Assembly: GCA_964016885.1 (NCBI GenBank)
Contig: OZ024755.1
Span: 5,208,001 to 5,272,000 of the forward strand
DNA length: 64,000 bases
Source of the DNA: Eledone cirrhosa
Taxonomy: Eukaryota
Direction of reading: 5' to 3'
The notes under the pieces are model-generated. The model made no database searches and was not told where the DNA came from. It worked only from the letters and a program-made list of their open reading frames with translations. Shown piece by piece: positions 12,397-25,697 of the stretch. Each line of letters starts with the position of its first letter. Position 1 is the first letter of the stretch. Position numbers and translations under genes: made by a program.

Positions 12397-13021
12397 TTTC
12401 TTTATTTGCCACAAGGGCGCACAAGAAAAGAGGACGAAACAAGGACACATGCCGGGGATTTTACATACAGTCGTGTAAAAAATATTGAATCAAACAAATT
12501 CAACAATCAAAATCCCCAATAGGGGGGAGGCACCACAAATGGGTTGTTTAATACCCCGTCGATAGAACAACCCTCAACTTCAGGAGCGTGTTGTGCAAGT
12601 TCTCCTTTCTTCCTTTTGCTCTCTTCTTCAACCTACAGGTTTATAAACAGAGAAGGCTCAATCACTCGGGCTATTTTTGCTACATTCAACCACCTTTCAG
12701 TAAATTTACTGGGGTGCTGTGCCTCTCTCTCCACTCTGATTCTCCTTCTAAAGTGGTACCTAAAGAAGGGAATGAGTTGTTTCCGGAGAGAAAGTCATCT
12801 GTCCCCAGTCCACTCAATCTCGTTCACCATATAACCTCTTTCACCATAGCCACTATACAGAGGAAAACCGCCTCTCTTTCGTTTTTGAAAGAAGTCGGTG
12901 GTTTGATCCTTACTATGGACTCGGCAGTCAACTGGATTTGTCCCATACGCGACAGCAGTTGTTCTGCGTAGTTCCACAGGTCGGTTACGCCCAGGCAGTG
13001 TACAATTACGTGCAAGACGGT
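12397..13021 (-). mobile_element. Tx1/L1-like LINE, 5'-truncated (ORF2 C-terminus plus ~235-bp 3'UTR; copy 2)
   Basis: Encodes TVLHVIVHCLGVTDLWNYAEQLLS...VAMVKEVIW*TRL...FRYHFRRRIRVERE...FTERWLNV; ORF stop at 12633-12635; flanked by GATA tracts. Confidence 0.8.
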
Positions 13022-13289
13022 ATAGATAGATAAGACAAACAGATAGATATCTTCAACACTCGCGGTCTTAGTTACACCAGCGTGGTAAGCGATGTCTCTT
13101 GGCAACTCTATTACATTAATAGATGGATAGATAGATGGATGGATATCTTTAACACACACGGTTTTATATCGAGTCACTTGCCAAACAAGTATGTATGGAC
13201 CCCGTAATTCCTGATGCGTTTCTAGAGCATTTAAAAACCCTGGTCTGAATACAGCAAATTTCTTCCAGAGAAGCATAGTGAATGAGAGA

Positions 13290-13452
13290 AAGGGAGAATC
13301 AACCCCAGAACTAGACGGATACGTTTTTATTGACCTTAAATGGATGACAGGCAAAGTTGACCTCGGCAGGATTTGAACTCTGAGAGCAGGGAGTCAGAAC
13401 GAATACTGCAAAGCATTCTATCGGACGTTCTAACGACTGTCAATTCGTCGCC
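13290..13452 (-). mobile_element. Older tRNA-SINE copy
   Basis: GGATGACAGGCAAAGTTGACCTCGGCAGGATTTGAACTC...CTAACGACTGTCAATTCGTCGCC. Confidence 0.7.
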
Positions 13453-14049
13453 TCTCAAACAAGTACAACTCCGAAATATCTTCATACTATTATTAATAAG
13501 TTTCCAAGATTTTCAATGTAAAATATTAGACGTAATAAGAACCGATTCGAGAAAAGAGCAACAGGCTCTCACATGCACGACTCTTCATTCCATACTGTTT
13601 GTCACTTCGACACTTTTGCTTTCTGAGTTAAACACAACTGGCTGTGTTCAAGCCTAGAGAAGGATCACTTCATCAAGATTTAAATGCCTAATGCACGCTG
13701 TATTTCACAATAGCGCCCCTACAACTTTATCAGGCGTTTAGTGAGTGTGTGTGTAATTTCAAATGAATATCAGAAGGTGTGTGTGTATACAAGGGCTTTG
13801 TTTCAGGGGAGTACCAGGGGACACCCCCCCCCACTTTTTCAAACGTCTATGTTTTATTTTTTGTTTATTTGATATAATAAATTCTATTTAAGTTTATTTC
13901 TTTATATCTGAACTTCATTTGAATATATAACATTTAATTAGTGTAAAATTTTACTTATGATAGGGTCCAGGAAAGGCACCATAAGCAATTTGTGCTCCTT
14001 TAAGAATCAACAAATGTTATTTGTCTCCCTCACATTTTTAAGGTAAACG

Positions 14050-14138
<89 letters not shown>

Positions 14139-14312
14139 GTATTCAGACTTGATATGATAGTTTTGAACTCGTTTCTTTTGCTCCGAAATTCAAGATATTT
14201 TGACATATGGTGTGTTACTTCATATAAAATAGCACAAGACACGCTCCAGTTCCTGTAGAGCCAAGCATGACATACCAAAATACTGAACATGGCATTTCAG
14301 AATTTCTGATAG

Positions 14313-14436
14313 TTGAAGCTGGAATGTCAGCAGCTCGTTCTGAGGAAGAAACCCCATGAGGTGGGGTGGATGTTACAGCGGGTGTCGCTGGCCATTGTCC
14401 GTGGAAAAGCCTTTGTAGTTTCGCCCCGATCTAGGT
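14313..14436 (+). mobile_element. Second CRE-like LINE C-terminal remnant
   Basis: Translates LKLECQQLVLRKKPHEVGWMLQRVSLAIVRGKAFVVS. Confidence 0.6.
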
Positions 14437-15011
14437 AGGTAACTACAGATAGGTAAGGTTACGTTTTGAGTTCAAATCCCGCCCTCACCGGCGTCAACTT
14501 CCGTTCATTTCTAGAAGTACACCACTCCGAGTATTGCCTGTCAAGCAATGCTGTTTATTTGATCGACTATTCCCTCCCTTGGCCACGTGCCAAGGTTAGA
14601 AGATCGTTATTACTGGTGATGCTAGACCTGTAGCCGGAAACAAATACAGTTTTTTGAATTGATGTTACCAATTATAACAAACAAAAAAAATGTATGTGGC
14701 GGTGGGGGGTTGTAATGTTGTTAGATCTGATAATGATTTCTATTTTTTTAATTTTTATTTGTATTATTATTATTTGCGAAAGGCCACGAGTTTGCGGTCG
14801 ATTGAATGGCCTCGGTACATTATTGTTACTTATTTTATCGATCCATGATCGATGAAATTTCAAAGTGAACCTAGACACGTAAAGGAATGTACAATGGGTC
14901 CGCATATTATGCGGTCAATTGACCCACCGCCACCGCCATCACCAATACCTTGTTAAAAGCCATGCTGGCTTTATATACGTAAATTCAATATTTACCATCA
15001 ACTATAATAAT

Positions 15012-15200
15012 AATAATGTTTCTACTTTAGGCACAAGGCCAGCAATTACCCAGTGCATTACTGGTACTTTATTTTATCGACCCCGTAAGGATGAAAGGCA
15101 GGCAATGCTAACTTCGGCGGGATTTGAACTCAGAACGTAAAGGGACGCAACTCTATGCCGCCAATCATGGCGTCCGACCCTCTACTGATTACTGCTAATC
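15012..15200 (-). mobile_element. Young tRNA-SINE, near full length
   Basis: Reverse complement of the 9926-10110 family. Confidence 0.85.
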
Positions 15201-15409
15201 CACAATAATAATAATACGCCATGTATAAGTATATTTATTTATAAGTATCTGTCTGTAACCCCTTAAAATTTACTCACCGGCAAACAATATATTTCTACAT
15301 TTCCCATCTCAGCCATGTTTAGAAAGTCCACTTTTCCCAACACAAAGTCCTGCACTATATCTGTAGATAGTTATTTCCCCAAACTTACTCATACAATTAA
15401 TCCTGTATG

Positions 15410-15448
<39 letters not shown>

Positions 15449-15806
15449 TAAAAAAATAATGAATAAAACAATGAAACAGTTCCTTATATTAAACAAAAAA
15501 AGTTCATTATTTAACGATCGTTTCTAGGATATATATGTGTTAGAATTGGCATGCATATTCAACAGATCTATGTACAAAATTATACAAAATTATACAAACT
15601 ATCAAAATTAAATATACATACCAAACACATATATGTAATTATATCCTAGAAATAAATTATAAAAATATTGTTCTTCTTAACTTTAAGCACTCACACGTGT
15701 CTTTACTGAAGAGCAACTCTTGAATGTATCTTTTGAAAACCACGAATTCATCAAAACGCAAATTTTCCAGTTTGTATGATTGCTTATATATCCGGTAAAA
15801 ATGTTA

Positions 15807-15869
<63 letters not shown>

Positions 15870-15991
15870 ATAAGTATTTCCGAAGAAAAAGCAAAGGAAG
15901 AAAGAGTGCTCTATGTATAATACAGAGCTATTTAATTAGAAAGTGAACACAATATAGAACTACTCCGTCACCAAAGGTTTCAGGACCCTAG

Positions 15992-16046
<55 letters not shown>

Positions 16047-16192
16047 ATAAATTAACGGAGCCATAGGCCCTCGCCATTCCCTGTAAATAAGTCTGCCTTT
16101 CATAGGTTATAGATTCCATACACTGGTGGTTTTTCCCTGTTTTATTGATAGCGCACTGTATATCTCTCTCTGGTGTGTTACCTTTTCAACAT

Positions 16193-16232
<40 letters not shown>

Positions 16233-16899
16233 CTCATTCTTTCTTTTGGTGAAGGACTAGCTTCCGAAACGTTTAGACCCTCTTCCAGCACTTTAATTTC
16301 ACGAGTAGTCTGTTCTGTTGATTGGATCAACTGGAACACTCATCGTCATTACCGACGGAGTGCCAGTTTATTTTAATTAATATCATTCCATTATCGTGTA
16401 AATGTATTTATTATTAACCCCTCTCCCACAGATTGACTATTAATTCAGGGAAAGGGCGGTTAGTAATTTTATAAGTCACCACTGCTTTACTGGTATTTTA
16501 TTGACACTAGATACAGAACGACGTCAAAACTACTAAAGACATCCAATACACGTTTGTATTCAGTTCTCTATCGATTTTCCATCTATCACCATTCATATAA
16601 TATTTTTTCTTAGCTTAGGCACTAATTCAAAAAAATTATTAAGGGACAGGTTATCGACCCCCAGTTGATAATATCGATTATTTTCCTGGTAATTAAAAAC
16701 AGTTGGGAACTTTTAGCTATAAAAGAAAATGAAAAAGTAAGTTCGAGTTTAACCCTTTTGACATCAACCTGGACACAATCGATCTTTTCCTCAAAACTAT
16801 TGACGACATAAGTGGTATAAAACGGTTTCTTGCACAAATCAAGCTGTAAACTCGGTCTAACTGGAAAGACCCTCAACCTTTCTCTAAAACATTTACTAC

Positions 16900-17270
16900 C
16901 ATGAAGATGACGGCTGATAAGGGCGATGATGATGATGGTACTGTTGATAATGGTGGTGATGATCGTGATGATGTTGTTACTGCTGAGAATAGTGATGATG
17001 GTGACGATGGAGATGGTAATGTTGGTACTGCTGATAATGGTGATGATGATGATGATGGTGGTGATGATGGTGATGAAGAAGGTAATATTGGTACTGTTGA
17101 TAATGATATGATGATGATGATGACGGTAATGGTGGTGATGATGATAATGGTGATGATGATGATGATAATGGTGATGATGACGAAGAAGACGATAATGTTG
17201 GTACTGTTAATAATGGTGATGATAATGATAATGATAATGATGAAGAGGAGAAGAAAGACGAAGGCGATAA
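16900..17270. repeat. Degenerate (GAT/GGT)n trinucleotide repeat
   Basis: GATGATGATGGT arrays; source of poly-D/poly-M/poly-H pseudo-ORFs. Confidence 0.9.
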
Positions 17271-17671
17271 CAAGTAATGGGAGTGCTGAAAGTAAATTAA
17301 CAAGATTATCTGTCTTAATGTCTGCCACCTAAATAAACTGGAACACCAAGCAATAATCTAATATATGTTGGTCTTTTTATCTTCTGGTGACCAACAAACA
17401 CAGCGATAACTTCACATGAAGATTTCAGCAACTTTTACTAAAAGCTGATACTTTTATACACTCGTACATACTTTTATACACTCGTACATATTTTTATACA
17501 CTCGGACATACACTCGTACTATGCAGATTACATGTTTTTCAAATGTAATTTTGAGTGTCTACATACATGCAAAATATTTCATACCACTGACGGCCTTCAA
17601 GTTGGCATAATTTGGATAATCTAAAGTCTTTGGGAATCACAGTATTCTTTCATGATTTCTAAATATGTTAT

Positions 17672-17733
<62 letters not shown>

Positions 17734-17737
<4 letters not shown>

Positions 17738-17868
17738 ATAATAATAAATGTGAAGACTAAAATCCAAAGAGGGCTCGATAAGGATAAATATATATCAAAT
17801 TTTGGTTTCAGAGGATCCCGTTAAGGGTGAAAGCAGCGATTCTTTGCTTCAAGTTTAATCTGTTATTT

Positions 17869-17871
<3 letters not shown>
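17734..17871. mobile_element. Rearranged short (TA)n-embedded element with hammerhead-like core; sibling of 55063-55302
   Basis: 17734-17800 matches the reverse complement of ~55237-55302; 17803-17871 matches 55142-55210 directly. Confidence 0.7.
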
Positions 17872-17907
<36 letters not shown>

Positions 17908-18971
17908 CGTGTGTGTAAGCGAATGAGGTTTGGGATCTTGTAGATCGACTACCGATGTATATATACACATACATACTTTTGATACCATCCCGCCTTTGTT
18001 TTTTTGTTTCTCAACTGTAAGAAGTACTAGATACTTCCCCTAGTCTGGCATGGCTTACGAGCTCTATACGGACGTTTAAATTTATTAAATAAATAAATAC
18101 ATAAATAAATAGGAAATAAACACTGACAACAGATTATTTAAAACGTTGTGTTCCTAAACCAAAATATGACATATTTTTGTCACTTTTTTTTGGCTGTGGT
18201 TATATTTTATTCTCGTTCCAGCCCCGGCCCCACCCCATATTCCCATGTTCTTCGGAACCAGGGTAAGTCAGTATTACTTGTTTTTTCGCGGGAAGCCGAT
18301 ATTTTAGCGATTCGCACAGCTGCGTACATTGTTATCTGTGTTACGTGTAACGACACTAAATGTTTCCCCTCCACTAAAATTATTACCAGATGTACTACAC
18401 TACTAATTCAGTCTCAGGGACCCGCCCGCCCTGCCAACCCCAACACCATGTTTTTTTTTTGTTTTTTTTTTACTCCTTTAAAAAGGGGGCTGATCTTTTG
18501 CTTATATGAGAAGTCATTATTTCTTACAGACCCGTATTCGAAAGATGTCATAGTTGACCGAGTTTTTCCTTTTACATATTCCATCAACGAATATAAAATC
18601 ACATGAAAAAAACCCAACAGGAAAAGTCAAACTTTTGGCTCGGAATAAAAAACTGGTTTTAACGGAAATCTAAGCGTTTTAAGTGTTTTTTCTTCCTCTC
18701 CTTATGTCTTTACTGCGGCTTAGTGGTAAGGGCGTTGGACTTACGATCATAACGTCGTGGGTTCGTAGTAAGGGTTTTGGACTTACGATCATAAGCTCGT
18801 GGGTTCGATTCCTGGGTTGGAGGAGGAAATGAAAGACAGGGAATTGGTAGCGGGGTATGTAGAAGATAGGATAAAATGGAGAAATTTGTCATAGGGGCAT
18901 GGATGGCTGACCCCTGCTTTACCAAGGAAAATTGTTATTAACACTGAATGACTGAAACTTTTGTAGATTAC

Positions 18972-19160
18972 TGGAGGATTGGCAGTATCGGTAGAGAGTC
19001 GGACGCCATGCTTTCCAGCGTAGTTACGTCCCTTTACGGTCTGAGTTCAAATCCCGCCGAGGTTAACTTTGCCTTTCATCCTTACGGGGTCGATAAAATA
19101 AAAGTACCAGTAATACACTGGGATAATTGCTGGCCTTGTGCCAAAAGTAGAAACAATTAT
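18972..19160 (+). mobile_element. Young tRNA-SINE with probable 8-bp TSD
   Basis: Family consensus; TAGATTAC at 18964-18971 and 19161-19168. Confidence 0.85.
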
Positions 19161-19628
19161 TAGATTACGTCGACATTTTGTATGTCTCTGTCTCTCTCTG
19201 TCGGTCTGTCTGTCTCTCTCTTTGTCTGTCTCTGTCTCTCTAGCTGCCTCTCTCTCTCTCTGCCCCCCCCCCCTCCAAGAAACGTGTTATAATTTAAAGC
19301 CCTTCCCTTTTTACTGAAACAATGACAAAACCGTTTTATTTTTTTTTTATTCCATCTTCTATATTCTATATTATATAACGCAGTTTATCCATTTCTAAAA
19401 TAATAGTTGTAACCTTTGTAGACAAAATCTAGGATAGAGAACAAGGAGTAAAACAACAAACCAACTTGTTTAGAAAACAACTATTGTCTCTGTTGACAGA
19501 CGTCAACATTTCAACCCAGCCTTTACCAATAACATTCACAGAAATAGGTTTCTTATTCATAAAAAAAATTTGAAGCTAGCAAAACAATATAAACTTAACA
19601 TTAACTATTATTATTATTGTTATTGGGA

Positions 19629-20168
19629 AGGGCGGTGGATTGGCAGTATCGGTAGAGGGTCGGACACCATGCTAGGGCGGTGGATTGGCAGTATCGGTAG
19701 AGGGTGGACACAATGCTTTGCGTCATATAGTTACGATCCTTTACGTTCTGAATTCAAATCCCGCCGAGGTTAACTTTGCCTTTCATCCTTACGGGGGTTG
19801 ATAAAATAAAGTACCAGTAATGTACTGGGTGATTGCTGGCCTTGTGCCAAAAGTAGAAACAATTATTATTATTGTTATTGGAAAGGGCGGTGGTTTTGCA
19901 GAATCGGTAGAGGGTCGGACACCATGCTAGGGCGGTGGATTGGCAGAATCGGTAGAGGGTCGGACAATAGTTACGATTCTTTACGTTCTGAGTTCAAATC
20001 CCGCCGAGTAACGATTTCACGACACCCCCACTTCAAATTGCAATCTCTTAGCTTTGCCTATCACCCTTACAAGGGTCGATGAAATAAAGTACCAGTAATG
20101 CACTGGGGTAAATTTAATCGGACCCCCACCCCCCAATTGTTGGTCTTGTGTCTAAATTAGAAACCATT
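19629..20168 (+). mobile_element. Two tandem tRNA-SINE copies, each with a duplicated 5' head
   Basis: The GGGCGGTGG..GCAG(T/A)ATCGGTAGAGGG head occurs twice at the start of each copy (from 19629 and 19884). Confidence 0.85.
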
Positions 20169-21175
20169 AATCATTTTAGTAAATCCATCGAAATTCTTCA
20201 TTAATTGCAATGAAGAGTCTTTCATTAGAAATAAGGTCAGGAAAGAGTTAAGAATTTCTGTTTCAGCTGCGACAGAACTAATTCCACGAATGAAACCTAT
20301 CAATCAAACACTGAGTTTGCTTTTATCGATTTGCTGCTGTTGTTTTATTGTTGGTGTTGTTAATGGTAATGATGTGAATGCTATCGAGGATGTGTGTGTT
20401 TGTACAGGTGCGTGTGTGTAGAGGTATGTAGGTGTGTGCATGTGCTTGTGTGTGTAGGTGTGTGTGTCTGTGTCTGCATGTGTGTGTAGGTGTCTATCTA
20501 GGTTTTTATCGTTGATGTTAGACGACTTAGGAGTGAAATATGAGAGTGGAACTGTAAGTCTTGTTGGGGGCTGGGATTGGTGTTGGGTGGAGGTTAGTAG
20601 AATAGTTTTGGGGGTGAGGAAATAACTGGGGCGGGATGGGAGAGAGGGGGGGCACTGTACTATTATCACAAGTAGCTACAAAAGGGGAAAATAACCTAAA
20701 AGACAATAAAATAATACTAAAAATAAAGCCATGAAATATATAAAAACTGAACAGTAACTTAACAAAGGACGTGAAATGACATTCCACCATGACGGTGGGT
20801 TTCGGTTTTTTCTCATCTCTCCTCTTTCCTCTCTTCTTTCTTTAAATGAAAGGAGAGGAAATATTTAAGTCTAAATAATCAGTGGTGCGATAACGATGAG
20901 AGACACTTGGTTATATTTTCATGACGACGTGTGTATATTGCACGTGTGTGTGTGTACGTATAGGTGTGTGTGTGTGTACGTATGTGTGTGTGTACGTCTG
21001 TATGTATGTGTATGTGTACGTCTGTCTGTATGTGTATGTATATATATTGTGTGTGTGTATAAAGCAAAATAAAGGGCGTGGAGGCCTTTATCTGTATCAC
21101 ATATAGGCAGTTACGCACATACTGACTTACATGAGTACAATTACATTTATGTATCTATTCACACGCACACATATA

Positions 21176-21236
<61 letters not shown>

Positions 21237-21919
21237 AAGGTAAAAAAAAAGGAATATTCCCTATAATTTGCTAATTGTTCATGCAGAAGAACCAAACAAT
21301 AGCGAAACCCTATATTTTACCTACCACTAAGTAAACCTCCATCTATATTTACATTTACTAATATTGCTGAAAGCCTTCATTATATTATATTGCTCGGCAC
21401 TGCTAAGACTTTCTCTTACAAGTGCAAACCTTCATTTAACATCTAAACACTTTGTACTGGACGAACGTATTCACCTTTATTATATTGTATTCTATTGCTC
21501 AGCATTGCTAAGTTTTTCTCTTCCAAGTGCAAACCTTCGTTCATTTAAACACCTAAACACTTAAACACTTGAACACTTAAACACTTTACTTTGTACTGAT
21601 TTCTTGATCAAGCCCCGACGAGATGAAAAATAAACTGGGCTTCGGCAGGATTTGAACTCGGAGCACAGAGCTGTAATAAATATTCAACGCTATAATCTAA
21701 TAGTTTTACCATATTGAGGCTGTGTAAAATCCATTACTTACTATTTGACGCGGACAACCGTCTTTTGTCAGAGAGAGAGAGAGATGAAATGTTTAAAAGC
21801 CCGGTCTTCTAATTACCCAGACACATCAGTGATTTTTCAATCTTACCCTCATTCTATTCTCTTGTTTGTTACCTTAGTCTGTTGGAAGATCTCAACATCA
21901 TAGCCCCGCCCCCCCCCTC

Positions 21920-21949
<30 letters not shown>

Positions 21950-21950
<1 letters not shown>

Positions 21951-22130
21951 CCAGGTTCAACCAGAGTTAACCACAATAAGTAAGGTGTAAGGTACTCAAT
22001 AAATAGCAGGGTATAAATATTTAATATAGAAATGGCTTCTACTGGACTAGAACTGTTACATTGACAGTCGGCTTCCTGATGATTTCTCCTGAATGAAACG
22101 GTTCTAGTCCTGTAGAAGCCATTTCTATTA
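21950..22130 (+). mobile_element. (TA)n-embedded fold-back element containing a type-I hammerhead ribozyme motif (22070-22120)
   Basis: GGCTTC-CTGATGA-tTTC tcct GAAt-GAAAC-ggttctagtcct-GTA-GAAGCC; inverted copy of the 3' part at ~22027-22057. Confidence 0.7.
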
Positions 22131-22521
22131 TATATATATATATATAGTTGTCTATTCCAATATACCCCCCCCCAATGTTCCATATCTCACACTATTCACG
22201 CCTCCCATCAATTACTCTCCAAACTATTCAGTAAATAACATTTCCAGAGTTTATAATGTCTTTTGTCTCCAATATTAATCGATGGAATATTATTATTAAT
22301 AGTAGTAGTAGTAGTAGTAGTAGTGTTGGTAGTGGTATTTGTAGTAGTAGTGGTGTTGTTGCTGTTGTTGATGATGATGATAATAATAATAGTGATACAT
22401 TTTTCTGAATAATGTCTACAGATAATATAAAACTTTCGTCAGAATAACTTTGTGGACGCTTGCTATGGTTTCTGCAAACACACAAGATATGTATATATGT
22501 GTGTGACTGTATCTGTCTATC

Positions 22522-22569
<48 letters not shown>

Positions 22570-23249
22570 TATCAACGTATAAACCAAGGCAAATATTGAT
22601 CGTATCAAACAAAAAGCACACACAATATCATGTGTAAATATTGATTTTAGACTTAGGCACAAGCCCCTCCTCCCTCACCAAATGAAAGAGGGGTTGGGTC
22701 TAGAGATTCTGGTGTTTATATAATCTCTTAAAGTCATTACCGACCTAAATGAAGCGAATTAACTTCATTTGGGAATCGAAATTGGTTTGTAGAATCTGCT
22801 CACCAGCGTTTATTTGTATTTCTAAGTTACTATGGTGTAGCGTTTCTCAACCTGGTGTCTGTGAATCCAGGGGGTGGGGGGTGGGGGGGCTCTAAGTTCA
22901 AAATTTCAAGTACTTTGGAAATATGGTTAGAATGTGGCGATTGGAGTTTGAAAATTGAAATAGGCTTCGTCTAAACTTTTTGATGAAATGAAATAGCTTA
23001 ACAATGGAGTGAATAAATCCACTGAACAGAATTGTCACACACACTGTGTCACGCTGAATCTCTCGTTGAGAGTTACGTTAAAGTTTTCTGTGTCTGTGGA
23101 ATACTCAGCCACTTGCATTGCACGTTAATTCCACAAGGGGGAAGAGAATGAGGAGGTTGACCAGGTTCTTGTTACTCGACCAACCGGAACACTTATCGTC
23201 CAAACCAACTGAAATGCAACAGACATTTGTCAGTTGAGATATCTATGTA

Positions 23250-23372
23250 TGTATAGTCCCGTACCCCCTGATAAAGTCGTAGGGGTGCCGTATTGACATA
23301 CGGCATTTCTTGGACATTTTAAGCCTGGCGGGGCCCATCCCACTCCAGGCCAGACTAGAGCAGATTTCTTCC

Positions 23373-23411
<39 letters not shown>

Positions 23412-23567
23412 GAGAAAGACATAGAGAGGAAAAATCGACCTTAGTCTCGAAAGGATGAAAGGCAAAGTTGAACACGGCGAGATTTGAACTCAGAGAGCAA
23501 AGAACCCGAACAAATACCACACAGCATTCTATCCGACGTTCTAACGACTCTGGCAATTCACTGCCTC
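23250..23567 (-). mobile_element. Composite SINE: tRNA head + CT tract + alternative tail
   Basis: Tail GAAGAAATCTGC..GGGATGGGCCCCGCCAGGCTTAAAAT..CAGGGGTACGGGACTATACATA also at 26435-26530, 35605-35700, 37190-37305. Confidence 0.7.
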
Positions 23568-23630
23568 AGTTGAGATAACGACTGTGTAAAGCCTTCCAAT
23601 CTACATTTGTCTATTGTATTGCAATATTTC

Positions 23631-23672
<42 letters not shown>

Positions 23673-24648
23673 TAATAAATCGTATTTCTTTGATGATTCA
23701 CAGCAATAATTTCATATTCGATAATAATCTTAAAGTCTTTGACCGTAAACATTTGTATTCGTGAATTTCATGGTTGGTTTGTTGTAAACCAGAGGTTTGA
23801 TTGAATTAACTTCTTACTGACATTACGGTTGATATCATCAGATACCAATTGAAGTCGTCTGCAGCCCTTTAGGATTAAGGTATCAGAGAGAAAGCTCCCA
23901 AGATTAAACGACATATTTGAAGCGCTATTGTAGTTGCCTAATCACAGACTAGAAACTTTTCAAACGATTTCGATATCGATTTCATACACCACTAAGTTAT
24001 TGATAGAACATGTAAGTATGGTTGAGAAAAGTTCACACAAGGAGCCCTCTATATATCGAAACCACAGACTAAATCGTTAACGATATGATCTAATTATTTG
24101 TTATAAATGTCTTCGAGATGGTTGGTTAACTAATCTAAGATTAGCAATCTCAATAGACATTATAATCAATTAATTTGATTTCACGTAGCAATTATTTAAT
24201 TAATAGAATGTGTGTATGGTATACAAGATTTTACGAATCATTACCAAACATAGAAGGTCGATGTCATGAGTAAGAGATTAAAGAGAGGAGAAGGGTGACT
24301 GAAGGGATCACCATTATACTTAAAGGACCCAATTTAGATTTTGTTTTTTTGCTACTATTAATAATTGTTTCTACCGATACTACCAATCCCCCTCCCCCTT
24401 TGCTACTGTTAATAGTACCCAATGGTTCCAATGAAATTTTCACTCAGAAAATTTAATCTGTCCTTAACAGTTTTTAAGATGTTTTGTATTTTAGCTTAAC
24501 TCTTTATATTCTCTGTCTGTGTTTGCCGTAATTCCTTTTATTGATTAAATAATTATACAATACCCACCTGACGATGTCGCCGAGATCTTGCGTCATGATC
24601 AGATGATGTAAGTTGGTCATTGGTTATTTCCAGCCTGGCCTTCTGTTG

Positions 24649-24698
<50 letters not shown>

Positions 24699-24700
<2 letters not shown>

Positions 24701-24860
24701 AAGTAGTAACACAACAGTTAGTTCACCATACCGAGAACAATTGTTTCACCTTATGCGGATCTTCTCGGTATGGTGAACTAACTGTTGTGTTACTACTTCT
24801 ACCAAACTCGTCCCATGGACTGAGTGCTCTACCACTACGGATATTACCTTCCAGTGTTCC
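24699..24860 (-). mobile_element. (TA)n-adjacent fold-back element (39-bp perfect arms) with truncated hammerhead-like core
   Basis: Arms 24699-24737 and 24762-24800; minus strand reads CCGAG-AAGA-tCC gcataa GGt-GAAAC-AATT-GTT-CTCGG. Confidence 0.55.
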
Positions 24861-25655
24861 TCTCTCTCTCTACACACACACACACACATACATCTACGTG
24901 CGTATTTGAAACGTAAATCTGCTGTGATAAATAGCTGTATTGATTTATTAGCCAACTGAAAGAGGTGGCCTAGTAAACTTACCTTTTAATCATTCTGGCT
25001 AACTTTAGTCCGTTCAACCAGCTCTCCCTCCTACCCACAGAAATGTTTACATTTTAAACAGGACAACATTTCAGTGAAAATTCGTGCTTAAAAAAAAAAA
25101 TAAATGGATAAGAAGAAAAAATTGAAATCAACCATTAGCTTGAAGATTAGAAATATTGTTGGAATGTAAACGGAATTCAGAAATAACCAGCAATCTGTTT
25201 GATATTGAAAAAAACGTTTTACATATTTATTTAATTTATCTAACAACAAAGCATTTGTTTTCTGTTTTGACACTTTTGAACACTCTGCTCTTGTTTTCAC
25301 AATGTTCTCTCTCTCTCTCTCTCCTTCCCATAGTCATCGTCTGTCTGACTAACTCAAATTCACCATTACTGTCTAGTTCGTGTGTACACACACACATACA
25401 CATACACACGAGGGTTAGCTGACCACCAAGATACTCTCGTGGAACAACCAATAGAGGTTTATTTTTCAATATAGTCCCTGGAACCCCCCCCCCCCCCCCT
25501 AAAAAACCCAAAAAACAACAAAAAAAAAACAACAACACCACCAGTTATTAATAAGAGTTGAAATGAATGCATCCACAATTTCACACCTAGCATATATATA
25601 TATACTGTATATATATGCTATATATGTATGTATGTAGGTATGTGTATATATAAAT

Positions 25656-25697
<42 letters not shown>

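Noticed and set aside
18712-18815. tRNA gene candidate (also 48886-48945 and 1985-2040)
   Set aside because: A/B boxes are present but there is no complete cloverleaf or poly-T terminator; the 18712 copy is internally duplicated and the other two continue into SINE body.
24564-24600. CTGACGA...GTC hammerhead-like string
   Set aside because: Lacks GAAA and convincing stems.
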